Assembly (NCBI GenBank): GCA_951406725.2
Contig: OX597830.1
Location: 41,602,001 to 41,666,000, forward strand
Source of the DNA: Octopus vulgaris
Lineage: Eukaryota
Direction: 5' to 3'
Length of the DNA: 64,000 nt
In this document: positions 41,407 through 54,300 of the stretch, piece by piece
Layout: every line of letters begins with the position of its first letter
How positions within the stretch are numbered: position 1 is the stretch's first letter
Translations under genes and position numbers: made by a program
Notes under the pieces: generated by a model
What the model was told of the DNA's origin: nothing
Databases searched by the model: none
The model's input: only the letters and a program-made list of their open reading frames with translations

Positions 41407-44400
41407 TATACACAATGGGCTTCTTTTAGTTTCCATCTACCAATTCCACTCACATCTCTTTGCTCGGCTTAGAGTTATAGAAGACACTCAGCCAAAGTGT
41501 CACACAGTGGGACTGAACCCAGAACCATGTAATTGGGAAGTAAACTTCTTACCACACAGTCACATCTGCACCTATACGTGTGTGTGTGTCTGTGTATAAA
41601 CATCTTCTCAGAGCTGAGGATTTTTGTTTTTGAAAGTGTTAGTGTTTTGATCTGGTTTTATGGTGTAAACTATTTCTTGAGCATATTCCTTGGGAGAAGC
41701 TCTTCCTCTCACAGATCTTATTAACTTTGAATTGTCATCTTCTGTAACTTTGCTTATTATTATGTAAGGGTGTTGGCCCATATGCAAACTCAATTTTACC
41801 TCCAGAGGGAGGTGGTCCATATTAGTCTGGCATTTATTCTTTGATCTATCCCACATGACAAGAGCTTAAACACCACTGGTATAGCTCACATTGAGGCATA
41901 CAAGTCACTAAACCACCTTAAATAGAAAGACACTTTTTCTTTCACTATCTTTTTTATTAGTTTTTCTGTATTTCCTCCTCTTCATCATCATCAACACTTA
42001 ACTTTCATATACAATGCTGGCATGAGTTGGGCAGCTTGACAGGAGCTGGCAGAGCCAGGAGTTGCACCATATTCCATAATCTGTTTTGGCATGGTTCCTA
42101 TGGCTGGATGCTCTTCCCAATGCCAACCACTTTACAGAACGTACTGGATGCTTTTTACATGACACCATCACCTGTGCTTTTTACACAGCATCATCACCTG
42201 TGCTTTTTACATGGCACCATCATCAGTGCTTTTTATGTGGCACAAGCACCCACACCAATGGTTTTAACAGGACACCTTGGTCTCAAGATCTCAATTCTGT
42301 TGTGGTGTGCGAGTCTTCTTGATTACAGTAACGTGCCCACATATCTCAGTCCTCAGCTCGTACACTACATCGGTAATTGAGAGTGGTGGAGATGTTTCAA
42401 TAAGCCAAATTCCATTCCATACAGAATCAATCAAAAGATGAGCAAATAAGATCACAGAGAGGCTTAAAAGAAATCCAGATGAAATTATGATAAATCCAAT
42501 GTATACAAGATAAACTAGGTAATTAACATGCAACTCATTTTGCTCTGCATAAAATAGTGTTACAGAAAATTATGAATTCTCACAGAATTAGTTGATGGAA
42601 AATAAAACCATAAAACTTACTTATTGATGCCATTGAAGGCTGCAGGGGTGCTTTTATTTCCACTGTCTGTATTAAGGCCATACTGGAATTGATCAAAATT
42701 AGTATCTTAGTGAATATAATTAACTAAAGAAATCTGTCTGAAGCTCATAGGTTCATAAGGTCAATGCTTATTTAAGATGTTTAAGGTAAAGGTAAAAGAC
42801 CTCATCCTAATTGGAATGCCAGTTCATTGCAGGGTTTACCAACGCGAAATGAAGCGACTTGCTCAAGGATACAATGTGTCACCCAGTCTGAGACTCAAGC
42901 TCACAATCTAACAAATTTTTTTATGATTGAGCCACATATTTTCATAATTAACAAATGAAACAAAACAAGAAATGTCTCCCAAGTTTTAAAATGTAAACAT
43001 TAAAACCTATTTATCTTTCCAACCTCTTTCAATTAATCTTTCCTAGTTTACAACTACCAGCAGTATTCAAGGCAACAATTATATGTAATTGCTTTAATTA
43101 CAACGTCCTTTTGTCAATTAGTTCACAATTACAAGCAGTAACTGCAATGGCTACCAATTATAACTATTCTAAATGCATATATGGTTATCAATAAGTTAAC
43201 TCACTCATATCATTTCTGACACAAAACAGCAATAGCTGAAAAAGGGTAAGGATTCAAAGTGGTAGGTTGCTCAACCAGTTTACACTGAAACAAAGGAGAG
43301 GAATTTTCTTAATACTTACCAATGTTAAAAGAAGGGATGGTTTGGTCTTTTCAAAGAAATCAGAAATCTATGAATAAAACAATGAAAAACATCACTTTAA
43401 CCCTTTAGTGTTTAAACCAGCCATATCCGGCCCAAATATTCTATGTTTTATATTCAAACTGGTGATATCTAGCCTCTCACACATAACCTACATTGACATT
43501 CTAAAAATAAACAATCACATCACTGAAACCTCAAAAGCTATAAGATAATGCAGGATTAATTAAAAACAATTTGAGTAAAAAAATATTTACATTTAACTGA
43601 GTAATTTGAACACTAAAGGGTTAAACAATATTTATAATAATTATGGTTTCTAATTTTGGCAAGAGGATGAGTCAGTTAATTATAGTGACCCCAATACTTG
43701 GCTGGTACTTCATTGATTTTCATCTCAAAATATACAAACGACAAGGTTTACTTAAGTAAGATTTGATTTCAGAATGTAAGGAGCTGGAACAAATTTTGCA
43801 AAGCATTTTATCCAATGTTCTAATGATTGCATTACCCTTCTAATAAAGCTTCCTCATTTTTGGCACAATGACAGCAATTTTGAGGGGTTGCAAAGTCAAT
43901 TATATCAACCCCTGTGCTTAGTTGGCATTTATTTTATTGGTCCCAAATGGATAAAAGGCAAAGTTGATTTTGGCAGAATTTGAACTCAGAATGTAAAGAT
44001 GGATGAAATGCCACTAAGCATTTTGTCCGGTTTGCTATTGATTCAGCCAGCTCACCATCTTCACCATCCTTCAAATAATTATAATAATGAGGATTTCTAA
44101 CATAGACACAGGGCACAAATTTTGAAGAGAAGAAGCTATACTTGATTAGGATTGACCCAAATAAATGACTGGTATCGGAAAGATGAAAGTTAAAGATTGA
44201 GCCCAACAAGATTTCAACTCAAAATGCAGAAGTGTGAAATTAAATGCTGTAAGATGTTAAGCTTGTGTTCTACAACAGGGTTTTGTGAAAACTGGGATCT
44301 GCAACAGCTATTCCTAGGTCTGTGAGTGATTTTATAAAAATAAACCTGTGGCATTCTGTGTTTTAGAAAATATACATAGATTATTGTACAGAAACGTTGT

Positions 44401-47400
44401 TTATTGAAAATATGTTTATATTTATTTATTATGATCAATGATCTAATCAGCATAAACAATAAACATTTATAAATAGAGATTATCTTACTTGAGCATAAGG
44501 ACACAATTTTATATGGGACAATTATAACTGAGTGAAATTAATATTTTTCAGTTATATTACTTGGTCTCAATACCTGAGAAATGATGAATTACTGTATTTT
44601 CTGGCATAAAAGTTGAATTTTGCAGACCAAAACTGATAATCAAAAAAGAGGGTAGGACAACTTATACACCAAGACAACTTTGGAGGACCAAATATTCCAC
44701 ACGAAATGCAGCAGAATATGGAAAAATAGCAATGATGTATGAATTGTTATACTGTATACTATGTCCACTCATATGCTCAAAAATACAGCATTTAAAATGA
44801 CTGTTAAAAAATTAGAAATTAAAAAGGAAATATAAATAAAAGGCTATTACATAATACCTCATCAGAGAAGTGGACTTCATCAACATCATATCTTCCCTTA
44901 AATTCTTCTTCACCTTTCAACCTGGTCAGATATACATACATATATTTACATTTTTAAAAATTTCAAATGAAAAACATAATGAAAATATTTCAAAAACAAA
45001 TCTAGAATAGAGTGAAAAATCTGAACGTATAACACTGAGTTTATTTTAATGAATGAGTATCCTAGTTTAAGATTATAATTTTTCCAAATGTGAGGGCACA
45101 TGACCTAGTGGTTAGGGTTTTACAATTACAATAGCAAGATTGTGGATTCAATTCCTGAACTGTGTGGTGCGTTGTGTTCTTAAGAAAACACTTCATCTCA
45201 TGTTGCTCTGTAGTCTCTTTGACACCTGACATGTGGTACACAGTGCACCTGTTCAGGTAAACTTGACTTAATGGAGGAAGTGAGCTAAAATACACCAACA
45301 ATATTTAATCTCATATAAACAAATCATTTATGCTGGTTGTTCAACAACAGGTTGTAGAACCGTCTTTCTCAGACTCCAAGAGACTAGCATCATAATTTTT
45401 CAAAGACTTTAAAATCTTTAATTTCAATATTTATAGATCTACTCTAAGTTTTGATCAGTCCATTCCCCACTTGTCATCAGGCATCATATTTGTGGCTTAG
45501 AGGATGAGAATATCATTATTCCTAGTTCAAATCCAGTCTCTGATTTAGGTACATATCCAAGAATAAAACACAAAGATGGAATAATTATACACAAATCCAA
45601 TGATTAACAGGATATAAGGTGCATTTGTCATCATGGCTGATGCAAGAAAGTGGAGGGGAAGGGTAGTGGAAAAGGTTGAGGGGATGAGGGCAGTGATAAG
45701 AAGTGGAGGATGACAGAGATGACAGGTGGGGGCAATGAGGAGGGATGTGATTTGGACAGAGGAGATAATGAGGAAAGGATTGATGAAGGAAGGGATGACA
45801 AGGGAGATGATGACAAAAGAGAAGATAAAACATAAGATGACAAGGAAGGCATAAACAAGGGAGGGGACGATGCAGGAGAGAATATGAGGACAGAAGATGA
45901 TGAGGGAAAGTAGAAAGAAGGGAAAAGAGGACTATGTGATCCATGTAAGTTCTTAAAATTTCAATCATCCACAATAGAAAATCTGCCTCAACAAATTCCA
46001 TCTGACCAATGCAAGCACAGAAAAGTGGATGTTAAAATGATGATGATAACGATGACAGTATGATAATTGTTTTAAATAGATATTATTGTCTTCAAGTGAT
46101 TGCTATTTAAATAACATAAATAAATATACATGATCTCTTTGAACAGAAAAATGCAAATTAGAAAGCTGCTTACTTTCCCATCCATGTTGAATAGCTTGCA
46201 TCCAGTTTAGGAGGGAAAAGAATTGCCTTGCCTGAATCAATATGTACAGCACCAAAAAAATCAGGTTCTTCAACTCCAAATGTCCAATGAAAATAAGACT
46301 CCTAAAATAAAAGAAAGAAAAAAAAAGTTAATATATAGTCAAAGGAGTGGCTGCATGGTAAGAAGCTATAGGTGCAGGAATGGCTGTATGGAAAGAAGCT
46401 TGCTTCCCAACCGAGTGGTTCTGGGTTCAGTCCCACTGCATGGCACCTTGTGCAAGTGTCTTCTACTATAGCCTCAGGCCAACTAAAGCCATGTGAGTGG
46501 ATTTGGTAGACAGAAACTGAAAGAAGCCTGTCATATACACACACACATATATATGTATTAGTGTATCTGTGTTTGTCCCCCCACTATTGCTTGACAATTG
46601 ATGTTGGTGTGCTTATGTCCTCCGAAACTTAGTGATTCAGCAAAAGACACCAATAGAATAAATACTAGGCTTACAAAGAATAAGTCCTGGGGTCAATTTG
46701 TTCAACTAAAAGGCAGAGAAATGTTTATTACAAAACAATAACTTCAACAAAGAACAAATAAATCCATGAGACGTAGAAGACATGTATGACCATAGGATGT
46801 TGTGAGAGGTTACTGACAAATATCAAAACAAAGTCAACTTAAAACTGCTTTAAGAGTAGAAACTTGCAGATGGAAACTGTGCAGAAGACTGTCGTACACA
46901 AAAATGTGTGTGTATGTGTGCATGTATATGTGTGTATTTGTATGTGTGTATATATGTCTGTATGCATGTATGTATAGTATTAGGAAAAAAAATGTATGCA
47001 TGTATGGCACTAAGAAGGGCAGTCAAGCTGTGGAAATCATACCAAGACAGGTATTGGAGCTTGATGCAGTCCTTGGACATTTTAGATCCTATCAAACCAG
47101 TCAACTCAAGCCAGCATGGAATACGGATGTTAAATGATTATGATAAGGAGGAAGATGAGGATACAGGAGAGATTAAATTTGTAAAGCATGTAGTTTCTGA
47201 TGGATACTTGTCACTGACGACACTCAAAGAAGCAGAAATCTAAATTTAATAATTTCAACACCGCTGCTAGATGCTTTCCATCTGCTACTGCTACACTTCT
47301 GTGCTTTTTAGCACTATATGTCTCAAGATGAATACCATAGTTGTATGTGTTTTCTACAGTATATCCATAAGCAAGATACACAGAATGCTATTTTGAAATA

Positions 47401-48278
47401 ATACTGCTTCCATGGCTAATAACAAATACACACATTCACACACAAAATTCAACGAAAATAAATACATCGGATCTTCTATTAACTTTAAGCAACAATATTT
47501 AGCCCACCTTCATTTTCTTTTGCTAAATGCAAAATATCCATGTCATTAGCTAATTATATACAAGACAGGATCTTGTCCACTTGACCAATAATGGATGATT
47601 AAATCTAATATATATGAGGCAGAAGTTATTGAACCCTAAAAAATAATACTACAGATAAGAAGACTTATATTGGATTATGTGAAGGAGAATTTAAAAATTG
47701 ATATGTTAATCACATAGCCTCCTTCCAACATAAGGACAAAAGAAAAGCTACTAAGTTGGCTAGCTACATATGGAGTTTGAAAGATAATGAAACACCACAT
47801 GGGATTAAGTGGAAAATAATTGAGAAATCCACACCTTATGTTAATGGATCAAATAAATGTAAGCTTTGTTTAGATTCTGTTCAGATCGAAGATACCTAAC
47901 ACTCTACTAAGCTCTAGGTCTGAAATTTTCAACGGTTGCAAGCATATGTATAAATATATTTTGAAGAATTGGAAAATTTCACCTATTCCTGATTAACTTG
48001 ATATCTTTCCAATCTCATAATTTAAGATACAAGGAGGATAACTCTTTTATCTTTTTTACTTTTTATATTTTAGTTTTTGTGTTTTCATTTTCTGTTTTCC
48101 ATTTTTTTAACATTCCACATTTTTCTATATGTTGCCTTCTCAGTTTTATCGTGTTTCTTCTCTTATTCAATTTTTTTAGTTCGTTATGATGTGTGGTTTG
48201 TGCTTCATTAATATGTTTGAAATATTTCTCAACATATGAAACTATTAGTAGCACTTAAAGACATGTATCCTTTAAATA

Positions 48279-48316
<38 letters not shown>

Positions 48317-51300
48317 TCATCATCGTTTAACGTCCGTTTTCCGCGCTAGCACGGGTTGGACGGTTCGACCGGGGTCTGGGGAGCCAGGGGCTGCTCCAGG
48401 CTCCAGTCTGATCTGGCAGTGTTTCTACAGCTGGATGCCCTTCCTAACGCCAACCACTCCGCGTATATATATACACACACACACACACATATGTATATAT
48501 ATCATCATCATCGTTTAATGTTCATCTTCCATGCACGCACGGGTAGGATGGTTGAGAGAGGCTGGCTAGGTAGAAAAACTACCCTAGGTTATTGTGTCTG
48601 TTTTAGCAGGGTTTATATACAAGGTGCATAAGATATTTAAGGACAGATTTATGTTTATAAAAATAACAGATAATAATTTTATCTATCAAAAAATGCTATG
48701 AGAATAAAAATAAACCTTCTTTTCTATAATGTTATTCAATAAAGCCACTTTCAGCTTCAACATCTGCTTCTATATGAGATCTAAATCATCTACATGCCTG
48801 AATCAAGTGGTCCTGGTTCATTTTGGACATTACTCTGACTATGCCGCCTTTCAAATCTTTGGTGTTATGGGCATGTTCATTGACCTCTCTTTCAATGACA
48901 CTCCACATATAATAATCCAATGGATTGAGATCTGGGGAATTAGGAGGCCAAATGTTAGGGGTTATGTGATCATGGAAATTTTCAGCCATCCATTCCTGTG
49001 TTACTAGAGCCATGTGTGATAGTGCAGAGTCTTACTGAAACACATATGGTCTTCCATTGCATAAACTGTCTATCCAGGGCTTAACAATTGTTTCCAGGAC
49101 CTCAGTGTAGGTAGCAGAGTTAACCCTAAGGCCTTGTGGAAAGAAGTAAGGAGGCATCACATGTCCTTCATTGCTGACAAGCCCTAAAATCATGACGGTT
49201 GCAAGAAATTTTGTATGCATAACACTTGAAACTTGAGATGGGTTTGCACATAACCATCTGTCATTTCTTCTGTTACTTTTATGGTCTTGATCGAAGTTTA
49301 TCTCGTTTGAGAAAAACCAAATCAAATTTTCTTCTGCTGGATTTTTCAGTTTGTTTAAAGAGCCTTTTAGATCTGATGTAGTGATTTTCTTTTGCTTTTT
49401 GACAAATTGACCTTTCCTCATCATATACGACTTGTATCTGATGTCTTCGTGGACAACATTTCTGACTGTTCCTTCTGACACCTGGAGATCTTTTGCAATT
49501 GACCTCATGGACTTTCTGGGATTGTAATCAATGGCCTGTTGAACTTGCTGGATAAATTCAGGTATTCTGATGATTTCAGAGCATTTAGAATACTTTTTAT
49601 GCTTTGATACTGGTGATACATTTTCATCTTCAGTCTCTAGCCCCTTACAAACTTTGTAGACAAAAGATCTGGTAACTTTAAAAAATCGAGATATTGCTCA
49701 GTCTTTTTTAACCACAATAACAGCATACCTCTTCATTTCCTGAGTAAGCTGAGGATCTCCCATTACTATTTTCTGAAACAAAGATTATATAGAGTTAGCA
49801 AAAAATGCAGCAATGACCCAAAAAAAGTCATGTCCTCAGATACCTTACACACCCTGTAATATAAGTTTCTTTCAGTTTCCATTTACCAATTACACTCACA
49901 AAAAGACACTTGCCCAAGATGTCATCCAGTGGAACTGAACCAGGAACGTCATGGTTGGGAAGTGGCTTACTTGTACAAAGAGTATTACTGGTTATTAACA
50001 GTAGAGTATTGAATGATACTTTATGACATCTAGTTCGGTGCCTTGCTATTCTGTGTCAAAACATTTCCAATATTGAGTTAATTTTTCATCCCTCTAGAAT
50101 TTGCCATTTGGTTTAATACCAGCACCTGGGCCTTAGATACCATTATGATAGGCTATACTCTGCAGAAAGCATTTGGCCCACACTTTTAGTCTATCAATGA
50201 ATTCCTCTCCATCTTTCACCAGTTATAGGGACCCTAAAAATTGATATGATTCCTGCTCTTTTTCTTCTGGATGATGAAACCAAAACATTTTTCTTTTAAA
50301 ATAAATCAGCAATATATTTGTTTAAAAAGATATCATCTGTACTAAAGGTGAAGGAGAAGAAAAATTATTGAGTCACCTGTCTGAAAAGAGGTTCATGGTC
50401 AGAACAATACCGGGTTTCAGATTCTCCAGCCTGAAGCAACACGTAAGAATTAGCAGGGATTTGCTTGATTTTCCTCAGCCTTTCACATAAATTCTGGCGA
50501 TTTGTTTTGAACAGCTCAGAAGGAACAGAAAATGTGTGGATACCACGGGTGAATGAGGAACTGTAAAAAAGAAAAAAATATAGATTGAATTAAACATTGA
50601 GATGGAAAATCAGGTGATAACTGAGGTGTAACCAAATGCGTAAAGGTACGGAAATATGAAATAAGCAATAAAATCATCTTAATGAATACTTTTTAGCAAA
50701 CTTATATGAGATGCCTTTGCCATGAATTATTTAAAGTTCAACCCATGAAAGCATAGAAAACATGTTAAATGATGATGAGGAGGAGCATGAGTTTGATTCG
50801 TTAATACTTGACATTACTGTTAGTAAAACAAAGCAAAATTTTCTTTGCTAACTTCTTCCATTTTACTTGGAATTAATTTATATATTAAATATTATTATTT
50901 CAAATTATTTTGTGGTTATTTACCACTGGTTGCATTTTTTAAATCACATTTTTATGCTGATTTAAAAAGAAAAACATGTTTGGAATTTAATTTCAACTGA
51001 AGGGTTATAAATAATTTTCCCCCCATATATGATGTACTCTCACATAAAACACACCCCTATTTCACAGGGATATCTTGTGGGAAAAAAAATGTAAGTTTCA
51101 TCATACACTTATTGAAAGATATTTTAAAGTGGTTTTGTAGGAAAAAATCTGATTCTGTGCATGTAAATACAATATTTGGTGGTATACTGGAATATAATAT
51201 GAAATCATAAAAGTAACTTTGCACTACATGGAGGCAATGACAAGTGACTGAGACCTTTGGCAATATGCTATGCTTAAGACTCATTAAGCCAAGTGAATTA

Positions 51301-54300
51301 ATAATCATGGCCGTTGCTGGTGTCATGCCAATGGCACATAAAAAGCAACCACTACATTCTCAGTGGTTGGCATTAGGAAGGGCATCCAGTGGTAGAAACC
51401 ATGCCAAATCAGACTGGAACCTAGTGCAGCTCTCTGGCTTATCAACTTCAGTCAAACCATCTAATCCATGCCAACATGGAAAGCAGGCATTAAATGATGA
51501 TGAATAATGTTATGAGAATACCGTATCTCAACTTTCAGATTAACCATGTGTTTATTCATATTTTAGCCAACAGCATTGCTATGCAGGTTCTGAAATTCAT
51601 ATTTCTGGCAGTGATGTTTTGTGTTACAGTGATTGGCTACCAGGGTAACACACCATCACTATGGCTTTGTTATAATATTCCATTCAGCCATCTTGGAGTA
51701 TTTTTCACTTAGATATTAAAGAAATATTTCTTTAAAGATAACACAATCATTAAAAGATGTGTAACACATATCAGGTGTGGGCTATGTGCACTGGGGAAAG
51801 AGGTATAATGAGATACCATATCTTCACAAAACTGCCAACGTACCATAAATAATTTTTCTTAAGTTTCTGCTAACAGTGATATTTTGGCTTGTTTTCAATA
51901 ATTACCACCGCCTTAGCAAAGACGGAGGTATTGTTTTCAGTTGTGTTTGTTTGTTTATCCATGGACAAAATATCTCAAGAACCACTGGATGGATTTGAAT
52001 GAAACAGGGATGTTTGGCCTCATGACTGGCACAAACTGATTAGATTTTGGTATCAACCTGATACCGGACAAGGATTCTGGATTATTTTTCCAGTTTTTTT
52101 ACTTAATTTTTGAGAGCGATCAAGTTCATTTTTAGTATTCCCGTGTGAGAGTAGTCAAGTTTAATTCAGATATTCTCATTTCAAAAGTCATCTCCGGCTA
52201 ATCGTTGAGAGGATGATGATGTTGCCTTGGTAGAGGTTTCCACTGAGTGCTCTTGTTATTTATTATTATTACTGACAATTATTGTACCTAACAGATTTTC
52301 GTTCATCCGGCTCCCTAGCCTACTACACTCTGTCATCTACGAATTATACAGCACTGCATTACATGCAGGGATATTATTATTATGTTAAAAAGCATCCTAT
52401 ACGCCGGCCAATACAGTACATGGGAAAGTTATCTCCCTGAAATAATAGAACAAAAGACTTCTAGTTTTGATCGGTGAAAAGCCCAACACAAAACTCGTAT
52501 CTTGAACGTATTTGAACAAGGATCATTTCTGGGTGTATGTACACACACACACAAAGTAGACTTTCCTATTTCCCACATTGCTCAGAGGTTAAAGCATCGG
52601 GCTTACAAACGTGAGGTTGAGAGTTCTATTCCCAGGCCGGGCCATGTGTTGTGTAGGTACATGACATTAAGCTATACAACCATATTATACTATAAAGCAT
52701 TTTAAATGATTTTATAAATCAATACTGCATTAGCAGTGCGCTTTTACATTATTTGTCAAAGTTATCTCTACAGATATTCTATAGAAATTATCGCCAGCAG
52801 TGATTTTTGCTACGAAGTTTCGTATACGAGACGTCAGATGTAAACAAACAACGAGATCAAAGATGAGAAAAGGTTAATGGGTGTATATGCCATATTTCGT
52901 GTTTTTCCCCCCTCCGCAGCATCCATCCAAGGCTTTAATCGTCCCAGTTCACTTAGCTGTTGAAATAAGTTGCGAAGTCACTGGTATCAAGCTGTATCAG
53001 CTTTTGCTTTTCGCTTGGACACCATTGGTGGCGTGGAGAGGGGAGGCCGGTATATACAGGCGACTGCTGGTCTTCCCCGAAACAACCTTGCCCAGAGTTG
53101 TGCCTTGGAAAGGAACTTTCTCAGTACAATCCCATAGTCAATGGTGACTGGAGAGGGTCTTTACCCAGTTACAGACGAGGGTTCAGCAGTAGTGATCAAC
53201 GTTTGTGCAGTTTGAAAAGAAGTGTTTTGCTTAAAAACACAACATATTGCTCCGTCCAGGAATCAAAAGCACAATCTCGTGATCACAAGTGCAACACACT
53301 AACCACACACCCTCACAATGCACATGCACTAATCCAGCTAATCCATGCCAGCACTTGCACATACACACAACTACACACACATACACTACGCTCTCACACA
53401 TAAAACCACATACAATCAAGGACTTCCATCATTAGAGGGTTTCACAATTTCTTGCCAAACAACCACAGGTATTATTTGTTTATAGTAATCAAATGCTTGC
53501 ATTGCACATAAGCTTACTGCTTCCATCCAACTGACATTACTTGCACAGGTGCACAAGTGTACTACATGTCAGATTTTGAAATGATCGCATTACAATGTGG
53601 TCCTTAAGAACACAATGCACCACCTGGTCTCGGAATGGAAATCACCAGTGGTGGGCACAGCTAACCAAAAAGTCAGCTTTGTTAACCTGTAATCCGTTAA
53701 CTAAACAATTAACTTCGTAAACACTAAACTGCTAACCAAGTAAAAAAAATTGGTGGAAGCTAACACTAATTGTTAATTTTTGTCATATGAATTTAGTTTT
53801 GGTTTGGTTTTGGGGCTCTAAAACCCCTAAAAACAGACCTAGAGAGCTAAAATTTTCATGTTGTAGCTTAAGTATAGAGCTTTCCAAAAAGGTACATCAT
53901 GCCATGATCAGATGATGATTAAGGTGAATGCAAACAATTAAATGAACAAATGAAATTAAACATTAGTTTTTCAATCAACATACACTTTATTTACTGTACA
54001 AAAAGTATTAGATGAATCAAAAAGGTATAGTATAGCATAGGTATCATGTTAAGATCAGTTGATGGCCAAGGTGTACTACTCTGGCTAGGCCTTCTCCATT
54101 GCCTCGATGTAATGCTGGTTGTTGCACTTCATAGACATCAGTCTCTCAAGGTTACCATCTGACAGGGTAAAATATCTTTGCCTATGGAGAATAGACACTC
54201 AACTGCAGCACTGGATGGTATAATGGTGTTATACTCGGTGAATAGATTGATCAAGACCTACTCATCCAAAAAGCAACTTCAGTCAGGACCTCCTTTGAGA

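Noticed and set aside
47205-47250. Hammerhead at CTGACGA..GAAA
   Set aside because: Stems I-III cannot be paired convincingly; at most a decayed relic.
52570-52645. Possible tRNA gene (A/B boxes, TAC anticodon-like loop)
   Set aside because: Acceptor and anticodon stems pair poorly and it runs into SINE body sequence (ATGTGTTGTGT..), so it is a tRNA-derived SINE head. The same applies to the heads at 20941-21090.
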